A stretch of 64,000 nt of DNA, taken from contig CAJXGD010000003.1 of assembly GCA_913053845.1 (NCBI GenBank), forward strand, positions 16,820 to 80,819, written 5' to 3'. Shown here piece after piece: positions 27,492 to 36,511 of this stretch (the first letter of the stretch is position 1; each line of letters starts with the position of its first letter). Made by a program: the position numbers and the translations under genes. This stretch comes from an uncultured bacterium (lineage in GTDB: Bacteria > Bipolaricaulota > Bipolaricaulia > RBG-16-55-9 > DRJF01). The notes beneath the pieces were generated by a model. That model was not told the origin of the DNA. It saw only the letters and a program-made list of their open reading frames with translations, and searched no databases.

Positions 27492-28463
27492 TCAGAACCG
27501 CGCGTAGAGCCAGACGGCGATCAGCCCCATCAGCACCTCCAGGCCGATGAGGACCAGCGTCAGGTTGCGCTCGCTGATCCCACCGCTCAGCTTCATGATC
27601 AGCTGTCCCAGCCCCACCGGGCCCGACTCCGGACAGTAAAGTTTTCCCCGGTGACAGATGCCAAAACTCTTGGGAAAGCCGTGCGCCGCCTTGAGAACCA
27701 GATCGAAGAGATGGGGAATCACCAGGATCACCCCGGCCGTCTCGAAGTTGCCCAATATCACTGCCGAAGCCAGCACCGCCCCCATGGAGAGCGTCCCCAC
27801 ATCGCCGATGAAGATTCTCGCCGGATACCAGTTGTAGTAGAGGCAGGCCAGCGCCGCTCCCAGCGCAGCCAGCAGGATCAGCGCTGCGGTCAGCTTGCCC
27901 AGCGAGAGGGCGATGACCGTGAGTGCCAGAAAGGCCACCGCGCCCATCCCCACCTCAACCCCGTTGAAGCCGGCCAGCATGTTCATCGCGTTGGCCGCGC
28001 CGGTCACCCCCAGCGGCACGAACACCAGGGGATAGAGCAGGCCAAAGTTGACGTAGCCGACGAAGGGCAGGTTCAAGACGGTGTAGCCCGACCTGATGGC
28101 CACCAGCGGCAGAGCGGCGAAGAGCGGGGTGACCGCCTTGACGATTTGCCGTACGGCGATCAGATCGTCCAGAATCCCGACAAGTGCGATGAGCAGCACG
28201 GTGGCCAGGACGGCCAATAGTCCGACCAGGTCAACTCTGGGGAGCAGATGAAAGAAAGTTTTGAGGGCGATGGCCACCAGCAGCGCGGCGCCGAAGCCGG
28301 TCACCAGGGCCAGGCCGCCCATCTCGGGGATGCGCGGCCGGCCCGGCTTTTGCATATCCTGACCGACCAGGCCAACTCGCCCCAAGCGGGGGATCATCAC
28401 CGGTAGGGCGATAAAAGCCACCACAAACGAGACGAGCAGCGCCAGCCAGCCCGACCAGATCAT
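27492..28463 (-). CDS. glycosyltransferase family 4 (MraY/WecA-like polyprenyl-phosphate N-acetylhexosamine-1-phosphate transferase)
   Basis: Multi-TM protein with 'GILDDLIAV' and 'NAMNMLAGFNG' motifs of the MraY/WecA family. Confidence 0.75.
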   Translation of the reverse strand: MIWSGWLALLVSFVVAFIALPVMIPRLGRVGLVGQDMQKPGRPRIPEMGGLALVTGFGAALLVAIALKTFFHLLPRVDLVGLLAVLATVLLIALVGILDDLIAVRQIVKAVTPLFAALPLVAIRSGYTVLNLPFVGYVNFGLLYPLVFVPLGVTGAANAMNMLAGFNGVEVGMGAVAFLALTVIALSLGKLTAALILLAALGAALACLYYNWYPARIFIGDVGTLSMGAVLASAVILGNFETAGVILVIPHLFDLVLKAAHGFPKSFGICHRGKLYCPESGPVGLGQLIMKLSGGISERNLTLVLIGLEVLMGLIAVWLYARF

Positions 28464-28503
28464 GAGCTGCGAGCTCCAACGATCAGACTAAAGCACAGCA
28501 CTC

Positions 28504-28926
28504 TCATGGGGGAAAGACCTCAAAATATCGCCTGTTACCCTCACCGAAGCGATAGATGCGAAAGTGGGCATCGAAGGTAAAAACCTGCAGGAGACCTTCG
28601 CGCTCCATCAGGGCAAAGCTGGTCGCGTCTACCAAGGAGAAGGTTTGATCGGAGAATCGCTCTATAATTCCCCGTGCCTGCTCCAGGTCCTGGAGCTCCA
28701 CCTTGATCATCTCGACGATCCCGGAGCGCAGGCCATCCCAAAAGGCGATCGCGGCATCCCTGTTCAAGCGGCTTTCCAGCAGATACCAACACTCAAGCAG
28801 GATATAATCGGTGGTGATCAGTCGCCTGCTGGTGATGATCGCTCGGTAGAAATCCTTAGCGCTCTGATGATGACGATCATCTCCATCAGCCAAGGCATAG
28901 AAGGCTGAGCTGTCCACGAAGATCAT
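28504..28926 (-). CDS. vapC: PIN-domain toxin VapC
   Basis: 'MIFVDSSAFYALADGDD...D' shows PIN acidic residues. 140 aa. 4-bp overlap with the upstream antitoxin. Confidence 0.8.
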   Translation of the reverse strand: MIFVDSSAFYALADGDDRHHQSAKDFYRAIITSRRLITTDYILLECWYLLESRLNRDAAIAFWDGLRSGIVEMIKVELQDLEQARGIIERFSDQTFSLVDATSFALMEREGLLQVFTFDAHFRIYRFGEGNRRYFEVFPP

Positions 28927-29168
28927 GATCGCCCTTGATGAAGTGCCTCCGCGAGGTAACGATCATGTTGTTCAGACACATCTGTCCTGCCGCTCTTGCC
29001 TAAACTGACAATGCGCAAGTAAGCCTCCTCCGGCTGCTGGTTGTGCAGGTATTGGTTCAGGATCCTGCGCAAGAGCTCTGCCATGGAGATCCCTCTTTCC
29101 GCCGCCGCCTTCTTCAACTGGCAATGTTGCTTCGGCTCTAGATAGATTTGCGTTCGTTTCAAGAGCAT
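28923..29168 (-). CDS. vapB: ribbon-helix-helix (CopG-like) antitoxin VapB
   Basis: 'KRTQIYLEPKQHCQLKKAAAERGISMAELLRRIL' is an RHH motif. Strong RBS GAGGAGGAG before the ATG at 29168. The long ORF extends to 29222. Confidence 0.7.
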   Translation of the reverse strand: MLLKRTQIYLEPKQHCQLKKAAAERGISMAELLRRILNQYLHNQQPEEAYLRIVSLGKSGRTDVSEQHDRYLAEALHQGRS

Positions 29169-29245
29169 CCAGATCTCCTCCTCAGATGCCAACATTATAA
29201 CGTTAACATCGTTGGTGATCAATGGTCAGTGACTTTCCAAAGCTG

Positions 29246-30400
29246 CTAGCGGCCCAGCAACTCCTGATAAAGCCGATCGAGCTGCGCGATCATCACTGAC
29301 AGTGAGAAGGCTTTGGCCCGCTCCCGCCCGGCACGACCCATCCGGCGGCAGAGCGGCCCATCGCAGGCGAGTCGGCGGATCGCCTCGGCCAGCGGCTCAG
29401 TTTGACGTGGTTCAATTAAGAGGCCGTTCACCCCCTCCTCCACCTGTTCGGGGATGCCGTCTATGCGGGTGGCGATCACCGGCAGGCCGGCGGCCATCGC
29501 CTCGGAGATCGTCCGCGGTGTCCCCTCGCGGTAGGAGGGCAGCACGAAACAGTCAACAGAGGCCATCAGTGGGGCCAGATCTGACTGATAGCCGAGCAGA
29601 CGCACCCAGTTCAGGTTCCGCTCGCGGATCTTCCGCTCTAGCCAAGGTCGCAAGGGACCCTCACCGGCGATGAGCCAGACGATCGGCCGGGACTCGCTAG
29701 CCAACTGCGCAGCCGCCTGTAGCAGCTCTGAGAAACCCTTGCCCGGCGTCAGGCGGGCGGCGGTGAGCAGTTTGAAGGCGCCGGTTGGTAGACCCAAATC
29801 GAGCGGCTTAGCCGAGCTGTAGTGCTCCAGGTCCACGCCGCTATGGATGGTCACGTACTGCGCCGGGACTCCGACACCAGCCCTTAAGAAGTCTCGGGTA
29901 ATAGCATCGGCATTGGCGATCAGCCGGGTGGTCCAGGGAGCAACCCGACGCTCCAACAGCAGCAAAAAACGTCTCAACATAGGATTACGCTGCTCAGTGA
30001 AAGGAATACCATGGATGGTGTGCACGATGAGGGGCACGCCGGCCCGGTGCGCGGCGTGCCGCCCCACGATGCCGGCCTCGGTCTCATGGGTATGGACGAT
30101 ATCGAAGCGTTCGGATCGCAGATAGCGATAAAGCTGCAACCCGGCTAGCGCCAGCGAGAGCGGTTGGAAATGGCGCATCAGGCTGAAGCGGTAGGTAGGG
30201 ACGCCTAGCCCGCTCACCTTGGCCAGCTGCTCCGGGGAGAACTCGGCCCCGTAGCCCAAGGTGAAATCATATTTATCCCGCAAAGCGGCCAGCTCGGCCA
30301 GCGTTTTGGCCTCGGCGCCGCCGCGCAGCAGCCGGGTGATCAGGTGGAGGACCTTGGGTTTAGGCGTAGCCGAACTTTCCTGTCTGCAGATTTCCCTCAA
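29246..30400 (-). CDS. glycosyltransferase family 1 (GT4-type)
   Basis: N-terminal Rossmann 'KVLHLITRLLRGGAE', C-terminal 'E-x7-E'-type GT1 motif region ('GTPRTISEAMAAGLPVIAT'). Confidence 0.75.
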   Translation of the reverse strand: MREICRQESSATPKPKVLHLITRLLRGGAEAKTLAELAALRDKYDFTLGYGAEFSPEQLAKVSGLGVPTYRFSLMRHFQPLSLALAGLQLYRYLRSERFDIVHTHETEAGIVGRHAAHRAGVPLIVHTIHGIPFTEQRNPMLRRFLLLLERRVAPWTTRLIANADAITRDFLRAGVGVPAQYVTIHSGVDLEHYSSAKPLDLGLPTGAFKLLTAARLTPGKGFSELLQAAAQLASESRPIVWLIAGEGPLRPWLERKIRERNLNWVRLLGYQSDLAPLMASVDCFVLPSYREGTPRTISEAMAAGLPVIATRIDGIPEQVEEGVNGLLIEPRQTEPLAEAIRRLACDGPLCRRMGRAGRERAKAFSLSVMIAQLDRLYQELLGR

Positions 30401-30445
30401 ACTCCTTGAGCGTGGAGGGGCCGGATATACTCTCAGATGAGGGAC

Positions 30446-30886
30446 TCACCTCTTGGACCGTTGACCTTCCACGGCCGCGCCAGTCTGCTGCAAGCGCCGG
30501 GCCAACTCCATGAACATATTGATCGCCAGATCGGGATCGTCCTGGAGCAGACCGCGCAGCGCCCAACGGGTCAGGATCAGGCAGGTGGTGGGCTCAGTGG
30601 CCACCACGTCCGCGCCGCGCGAGGTGTCCTGGAGCACGGCCCCCTCGCCGAAATGGGCCCCTGGACCTAATTGGGCAATCGGTTGGCCGCCCTTGCGCAC
30701 CTCAACTTTGCCCCGAACGATCAGGTAGAACCCTACGTTGCTCTCGTCGCCCTCGCTGAGTATGGGCGCGTCTGCCGGATAGTCGCGTCGCTTGGCCGAG
30801 TCCATGATCGAGCGTAGCTGAGCCGCGCTGTAGTGGGCGAAGAGCGGATTTTGCTTGAACAGGGACAAAAATTGAGCTTCGTCCAT
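30446..30886 (-). CDS. standalone cyclic nucleotide-binding (cNMP/Crp-type) domain protein
   Basis: 'GFYLIVRGKVEV...GPGAHFGEGAVL' is the cNMP-binding beta-roll signature. No HTH follows (146 aa). Confidence 0.7.
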   Translation of the reverse strand: MDEAQFLSLFKQNPLFAHYSAAQLRSIMDSAKRRDYPADAPILSEGDESNVGFYLIVRGKVEVRKGGQPIAQLGPGAHFGEGAVLQDTSRGADVVATEPTTCLILTRWALRGLLQDDPDLAINMFMELARRLQQTGAAVEGQRSKR

Positions 30887-30994
30887 ATGAGCCTCCTTGG
30901 ACTGTCATTCTCGTCGCTCTAGTCGCTTCCGATTGTAGCCGATGCGCTCCGGCCGGCCAACTGGACCTCGGCGGGGCCTACCGGGAGCGCTTGC

Positions 30995-31900
30995 CTACTC
31001 ACCCGGCTTCCAAGAGGCTTCATCCTCCAGCGGTTCGAAGTGGATGATAATGCTGGCCTGGCCTAGCGTTTGGCGGATCTCGGCCTCGGCCGCTTCGGAA
31101 AGATCGTGCGTCTGCTGCACCGTCCAGCGGCCAGGCACCAGTAGGTGCAGGTCGATGAACCGCTGCGGCCCCGACTTGCGGGTGCGCAACTGATGATAGG
31201 TCGCGCCGTCGCCGGTGTATTTGTCCAGGATGGTCTGAATCACCCGCAATTCCTCAGGGGGTAATGCTTTATCCATCAGGCCGCCCAGCGAGCGACGCAC
31301 CAGTCCAACCCCGGAGACGACGATGTTGGCGGCTACCAGCAACGCGATCGCCGGATCGAGCCAGTAAGAGCCGGTGGCCCAGGCCGCCCCCAGGCCAACG
31401 ATGACGCCCACTGAGGTCCAGACGTCGGTCAGCAGATGCCGGGCATCACCCTCGAGGGCGATCGAATCGTGCCGCTGGGCGGCACGCAACAGTACACGGG
31501 CGACCGTCCAGTTGATCAGCGAAGCCGAGAAGGTAATGCCCAATCCCCAACTGAGGTCGTGCAGCGGAGCCGGATGGAGCAGGCGTCCGATTGACTCGTA
31601 GGCGATGAAACCCGCGGCAGCCAGGATCATCGTCCCTTCGGTGCCGCTGGAAAGATACTCCGCCTTGTCATGGCCGTAGGTGTGCACCATATCGGCGGGA
31701 TGCGCGGCGATCTGTAAGGCCAGCCAGGTGATGAGCGCCGCGCTCAAGTTGACCAACGATTCGGCGGCATCGGAGAAGAGGGCGATCGAGCCGGTGAGCA
31801 GATAGGCACCGAACTTGAGCAGCAAGGTGATCAACGCCGCGCCCAAGGGTAAGATCATGATCCCTCGCTTGGTTTGTAAATATTGACCGATCATGCTCAC
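30995..31900 (-). CDS. cation diffusion facilitator family transporter (CzcD/FieF-like)
   Basis: 'SIALFSDAAESLVN...HTYGHDKAEYL...LLTDVWTSVGV' CDF motifs plus a C-terminal cytoplasmic domain. Confidence 0.8.
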   Translation of the reverse strand: MSMIGQYLQTKRGIMILPLGAALITLLLKFGAYLLTGSIALFSDAAESLVNLSAALITWLALQIAAHPADMVHTYGHDKAEYLSSGTEGTMILAAAGFIAYESIGRLLHPAPLHDLSWGLGITFSASLINWTVARVLLRAAQRHDSIALEGDARHLLTDVWTSVGVIVGLGAAWATGSYWLDPAIALLVAANIVVSGVGLVRRSLGGLMDKALPPEELRVIQTILDKYTGDGATYHQLRTRKSGPQRFIDLHLLVPGRWTVQQTHDLSEAAEAEIRQTLGQASIIIHFEPLEDEASWKPGE

Positions 31901-31910
31901 TTCACCTGGA

Positions 31911-32522
31911 TTAAATTGATACCAGGGGCGACCGACCGGTTGCCCCTATGACCTGCTCTATCGCCCCCACCGCCTGATCCAGGCTGCGATTGATGACCAG
32001 ATAGTCGAACTGGGCGGCGGCACGCAACTCGCGCCGGGCGGTTTGCAGCCTGAGCTCTAGTTGCTCCGGGCCTTCGCTCTGCCGCGCCTCCAGGCGGGTG
32101 CGCAGTATGGCCAACGAGGGTGGCAGCACGAAGATGAAGCTAAAGGGAACGGCCAGCCTGCCGCGACGCCGGCGCAACTGGGCGGCCCCCTGCACGTCAA
32201 TGACCAGCAGCAGGTTGATCCCCCGGCGCAGCCGACGCTGGGCCTCGCGGCGCGGTGTGCCATAGTAATAACCGAAGAGCTGCGCCCACTCCAAAAAAGC
32301 GTTCTTTTTAATTAGCCGGAGAAACTCCGCTCGGTTGACAAAGTAATAATCACGACCCTCCCGCTCGCCGGGGCGCGGCGGACGGGTGGTATAAGAGATG
32401 GAGCGCTCGATTCTACTCCGGCCCCGCCCAGCGCTGTCTCCGGCCAACAGACGGTGGGCGATGGTGGTCTTGCCCACCCCGGAGGGACCAGAGAGCACCA
32501 GCAGTTGGCCGAACGAGCTCAT
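31911..32522 (-). CDS. gmk: guanylate kinase
   Basis: P-loop 'LSGPSGVGKTT' and 'SYTTRPPRPGEREGRDYYFV', the GMP-binding motif. Confidence 0.85.
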   Translation of the reverse strand: MSSFGQLLVLSGPSGVGKTTIAHRLLAGDSAGRGRSRIERSISYTTRPPRPGEREGRDYYFVNRAEFLRLIKKNAFLEWAQLFGYYYGTPRREAQRRLRRGINLLLVIDVQGAAQLRRRRGRLAVPFSFIFVLPPSLAILRTRLEARQSEGPEQLELRLQTARRELRAAAQFDYLVINRSLDQAVGAIEQVIGATGRSPLVSI

Positions 32523-32815
32523 GGCTCTGGCCGGATGAGCCCCTCAAGGTAGCGCGTGGCCAGCGTCTGGGCGCGCACTGCGGAGAGCAGCAGGTAGCCG
32601 GAGGTGGTCAAGACCACCGAGCGGTCCGGCAGCCCGCGGCTCAGGTCAACCAGCTTGTCGCTGTCCCGATAGGAGCCGATCAAGCGCTGGATAGGCTCGG
32701 AGTCCGCCCCGGCGATGAGCACGATCTGGGAGCAGGGCAGCCAACTCGCCCGCCCCAGTTTGAGCAATCGCCCCTGGTTATTCAATATTGCGCACCTGTT
32801 CCCGCAGTTGGTCAA
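32519..32815 (-). CDS. remA: DUF370 / RemA-family protein
   Basis: 'LLKLGRASWLPCSQIVLIAGADSEPIQRLIGSYRD...VVLTTSGYLLLSAVRAQTLATRYL' aligns with RemA (YlzA). True start is probably a non-ATG codon near 32770, since the ORF overlaps the yicC end. Confidence 0.55.
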   Translation of the reverse strand: MTNCGNRCAILNNQGRLLKLGRASWLPCSQIVLIAGADSEPIQRLIGSYRDSDKLVDLSRGLPDRSVVLTTSGYLLLSAVRAQTLATRYLEGLIRPEP

Positions 32816-33647
32816 TCAGCGACTTAATGGTAATGGTGCGGCCGGCGATCTGGCCATCGCGGGCTTTGGCCCCGATGGTGTTAGCTTCCCGGTTCATCTC
32901 CTGAGCCAAAAAGTCCAGCGTGCGGCCGGTCGGCTCCGAGGAGTCCAAGGCCTGCAACGCGGCTTGCAAGTGGATGCGCAGGCGGGTCAGCTCCTCGGTG
33001 ATGTCAGCCCGCTCGGCCAGCAACGCCGCTTCGGCCTCCAGGCGTCCCGGCTCCAGTGCCACTTGGCCAGCCAGCTCCTGCACCCGATCGCGCAGCTTCT
33101 GGGCATAGATCTTCAGCAATTGGGGCGCTTGGGCCTCGATAGCGGAGATTTCGTCCTGTAGTGACTGCAGGCAACCGGCCAACTCCCGGCCGAGCGCCGC
33201 CCCTTCGCGCTGCCGCTCCTGCCGGGCCACCGCCAGAGCCGCCTCCAGCGCCTCGGTCAGCGCCGGTTGCAAGGCTTCAGGATCGGGCAGCTCAGCGGGG
33301 CGCAGCACCCCTTCCAAACTGATCAGTTGGCTCAGCGAGGGGTGATCGGACAGCTCCAGCTCTTGGGCCAGCTGCTCCAGCACCTGGTAATAACCCTTGG
33401 CCAACTCCGTATCGCAGCTTATGCTGGCCCCTGCGCTGCGCTCGAAGCTGACGTTGACCTCCACCCGCCCGCGGGCGAAGCTGTGCTTGATCAGTTGGCG
33501 GCAGTACAACCCTAAACCCGGATAGCTTTCCAGACCGCGGATGCTCAGTTCCAAATAGCGATGGTTCAGCGTCTTGACCCAGACGGTGACCGAAGGGGTT
33601 ACGGCCGCACTGCGCCCCTCGCCGTAGGCCGTCATGCTACTTAGCAT
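32778..33647 (-). CDS. yicC: YicC/YloC-family stress-induced protein (DUF1732)
   Basis: 'MLSSMTAYGEG' N-terminus and coiled-coil middle, typical of YicC. Start placed at the ATG at 33647. Confidence 0.75.
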   Translation of the reverse strand: MLSSMTAYGEGRSAAVTPSVTVWVKTLNHRYLELSIRGLESYPGLGLYCRQLIKHSFARGRVEVNVSFERSAGASISCDTELAKGYYQVLEQLAQELELSDHPSLSQLISLEGVLRPAELPDPEALQPALTEALEAALAVARQERQREGAALGRELAGCLQSLQDEISAIEAQAPQLLKIYAQKLRDRVQELAGQVALEPGRLEAEAALLAERADITEELTRLRIHLQAALQALDSSEPTGRTLDFLAQEMNREANTIGAKARDGQIAGRTITIKSLIDQLREQVRNIE

Positions 33648-33846
33648 CAGCCGATCGCGCTCCCGACGAAACTCCAATTGGCATCATAATTTACTATTAT
33701 AATGAAAATTCCCGCAGCTCGGCAAACCACCCGGCCGGCGGAGCTGGGGAGAGGTGACCGAGGTGAGCTGCCGAGCTCTCCGGCCGGCCCTGGGGACCAT
33801 ACGCTTTTCCTGGCTTGAGAGAGCTATCTCGGTCGAGAATATCTCC

Positions 33847-34848
33847 ATGCATGGCTGGCAAACTTTCCTACTGAGAATTGGGCTAAGCTTCCTGCTATTG
33901 CTCGCCGTCTGGGGAGCATCCGCCGCGCGAGCCCAGCAGTTCTCGGCCGGCTTTGCCGGTGAGCTGAGCTTCGTGCCGGCACCGCCCTTCTTCAACGGGG
34001 CCAATTTTGATCTATTACTAAGCGTTACCGTTGCTGGTGCTGCCTTCAACAGTGAGACCCAGTTCAGCCTCAGCGCGCTGAGCGCTCAGCTTTTTTCCAT
34101 CCGGCTAACGCTGGGCGCCCTGCAGGTCCACGATCAACTCCTCTTCGCCCCGGCAATTAACTTCAAGCGCAACGAGCTGTTGGCGGCGTTAGAGATGGGA
34201 GGGGTGCGGCTGGCCACCGAGGTATTGCTGGCCGACCTGGGTCCGCCGGGCGCCCCGAACATCAACCCCGGCCTGATCATCGAGGTCGGGGGACGCTCGC
34301 AATTGGGGCTGGGCCTGCATAGCTTCACCGGCTTCGGCGTCACCCGGCTGGTCCAAGATCTCGATACGACTCTGCCCTGCGATCTCTCTGAATTGGCTTG
34401 TCTGGGCAGCTCGCACCCCGATGGGCAGCCGGACAAGCTGGTCTCAGCACCCTTCGTCTTCAGCGAGGAGGCGGTGCGCGCCGATCTGGCCTTCAGCGGC
34501 AGCTTCGGTCAGGTGACCCTGGCCGCCACCACCCTCTTCACCCTGGCGGGCTTCAACGGCGAACTGATCGAGGCTGATCTGAAGATCGAGCCACCCGGGG
34601 TGCGCTTCGCCGCGGTCAGCACCTTCGATTCCGGCTTCGCCCTCACTCGTGATACGATCTTATTCGAAGCCACGCTTGGACCTTTTGCCTGGCGGGGTCT
34701 GACTATCTTTAGCGGCGCGCCGATTGCCTTTGCCGAGCAGGATTTCAAGCTACGGCTAACTTTTGGGGGCTTTAGCGCCTTCTCAACGATAATATTTGCC
34801 CCAGTGGGCCTGAGCGAGTTGCGCTTGGGGCTAGGGGTCAAGCTCTGA
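33847..34848 (+). CDS. hypothetical secreted Gly/Phe/Ala-rich beta-strand protein
   Basis: Signal peptide 'MHGWQTFLLRIGLSFLLLLAVWGASAARAQ', then alternating hydrophobic pattern (FSAGFAGELSFV...). No known family. The long ORF starts at 33754. Confidence 0.5.
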   Translation: MHGWQTFLLRIGLSFLLLLAVWGASAARAQQFSAGFAGELSFVPAPPFFNGANFDLLLSVTVAGAAFNSETQFSLSALSAQLFSIRLTLGALQVHDQLLFAPAINFKRNELLAALEMGGVRLATEVLLADLGPPGAPNINPGLIIEVGGRSQLGLGLHSFTGFGVTRLVQDLDTTLPCDLSELACLGSSHPDGQPDKLVSAPFVFSEEAVRADLAFSGSFGQVTLAATTLFTLAGFNGELIEADLKIEPPGVRFAAVSTFDSGFALTRDTILFEATLGPFAWRGLTIFSGAPIAFAEQDFKLRLTFGGFSAFSTIIFAPVGLSELRLGLGVKL

Positions 34849-35673
34849 TTGACCGGTCTGGCGGGAGAGCTCTTCCGACTTGCGGGTGGCGGCCAGCACC
34901 GTGCGGATCAGCGTCACCCGGATGCCACCCTCTTCCAAGGCCATGATCCCGTCCATGGTGGTGCCGGCCGGGGTGGTGACGAAGTCTTTCAGCTTGGCCG
35001 GATGCTCGCCGGTCTCCAGCACCATCTTGGCCGCGCCCAGGAGCGATTGGGCGGCCAGAGTGGTGGCCAGCCGGCGCGAAAGTCCGGCCTTGACTCCTCC
35101 CTCGGCCAGGGCCTCGATGATGACATAGGCGTAGGCCGGACCTGAGCCCGACAGGCCGGTGACCGCGTCCATCAGCTCCTCTCGGTCGAGCAGAGCCACC
35201 CGCCCTACCGCCGCAAAGATCTGCTGGGCCAGGGTGAGCTGCTCTTGACTGACCCGCCGGCCGGGGCAGAGGACGGTCATGCCGGCCTGCACCAGGCAGG
35301 GCATATTGGGCATACCCCGGATGACAGAAATCTCTTGGCCCAACTGCTTTTCGACGTAGCCGGTCTGAATAGCCGCTGCGATGGTGATGAAGAGTTGCTC
35401 CGGGCGCACGGCCGGGCGGATCTCGGCCAGAATAGCTGGCATACGTTGGGGCTTGACCGCCAAAATAACCAGGTCGCTGGCTCTGACTGCCCCGGCATTG
35501 TCGCAGTCTACCGTGATACCGTAGCGCGCGCCGGCGGCCTGGGCGCTCTCGGGGTGGCCGGTGGTCCCCCGCAACTGCTCTGGTGCGATGACGCCCTGCT
35601 CCAGCAGCGCGCCGGCCAGCGTGCCGCCGATCTTGCCCAGCCCTAAGATGGCCAAACGTTGCTGATCTAGCAT
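34831..35673 (-). CDS. proC: pyrroline-5-carboxylate reductase
   Basis: 'LAILGLGKIGGTLAGALL' NAD(P) fold, and C-terminal 'TTPAGTTMDGIMALEEGG', the P5CR signature. Confidence 0.85.
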   Translation of the reverse strand: MLDQQRLAILGLGKIGGTLAGALLEQGVIAPEQLRGTTGHPESAQAAGARYGITVDCDNAGAVRASDLVILAVKPQRMPAILAEIRPAVRPEQLFITIAAAIQTGYVEKQLGQEISVIRGMPNMPCLVQAGMTVLCPGRRVSQEQLTLAQQIFAAVGRVALLDREELMDAVTGLSGSGPAYAYVIIEALAEGGVKAGLSRRLATTLAAQSLLGAAKMVLETGEHPAKLKDFVTTPAGTTMDGIMALEEGGIRVTLIRTVLAATRKSEELSRQTGQSELDP

Positions 35674-35749
35674 CTTGCCTCCTCATCCCAAACGGCTCTC
35701 ATAATAGCGCAGCGCGCTCCCGCTCCCGCTCAGCAAAGTGTTTTAAGCT

Positions 35750-36511
35750 TCAGCTCTTCAGCCGCCAACCGCGACGAAACAGCCAGACCGAGCTGAGCAC
35801 CAGCCCCACAGCTAACAGGGCGATCAATCCCAGCCCCAGCGCGACGTTGGTCTCGCTGCTGCCCAGCATACCGTAGCGAAAGCCGCCGGTGATATACGTA
35901 AAAGGATTAAGCCAGGTCAGTTGCTCAATCACCGGTACGCCACGAACCATCTTGAGCGAATAGAAAACACCACCTAGAAAGACCAACGGGTCGAGCAAGA
36001 AGGTGTTGACCGCGTTGACCCCATCCCAACCCTTGGTCCAGAGACCCACGATACAACCCAAGCTGGAAAAAGCGATCGCCGTCAGTATTAAGTACAGTCC
36101 GGTAAAGAGCGGGTGGGCCAGCGGCACCTGGGTGAAGAGGATCGCCGCGGCCAGGATGATCAAGGCCACCATTAGCCCCCGCAGCACCCCGGCGAGAATA
36201 ATTGCCAGGGCCATTTGCGTGTAAGAGAGCGGTGAGGCTAGAAAATCAAAGATATTGCCTTGCCAGCGCGACTGAAAGACGCTGTAGGCCGGATTGTAGA
36301 AGCTGTTGATGATCGCGGCCATCATGATCAGGCCAGGCAGCGTAAACTCGATATATGATACGCCTTGAACGGTTCCCAGCCGTGAGCCCAGCGCCACCCC
36401 GAAGACGAAGATATAGAGAATGGTCGAGATGATCGGCGGGGCTATCGTGTCCAGCGGTTCCTTCAAATAGCGCATGATTTCGCGCTTAAAAAGCGTTAAA
36501 AAACCGATCAT
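35750..36511 (-). CDS. ABC-2 family transporter permease
   Basis: 'MIGFLTLFKREIMRYLKEP...' with 6-TM ABC-2 topology. ATG at 36511 overlaps the ATPase stop. The long ORF with a 130-aa low-complexity N-extension was rejected. Confidence 0.75.
   Translation of the reverse strand: MIGFLTLFKREIMRYLKEPLDTIAPPIISTILYIFVFGVALGSRLGTVQGVSYIEFTLPGLIMMAAIINSFYNPAYSVFQSRWQGNIFDFLASPLSYTQMALAIILAGVLRGLMVALIILAAAILFTQVPLAHPLFTGLYLILTAIAFSSLGCIVGLWTKGWDGVNAVNTFLLDPLVFLGGVFYSLKMVRGVPVIEQLTWLNPFTYITGGFRYGMLGSSETNVALGLGLIALLAVGLVLSSVWLFRRGWRLKS

Noticed and set aside
34838-35686. 282-aa ORF in an alternative frame overlapping proC
   Set aside because: Arg/Gly/Pro-rich artefact of GC-rich sequence. The proC frame has clear family signatures.
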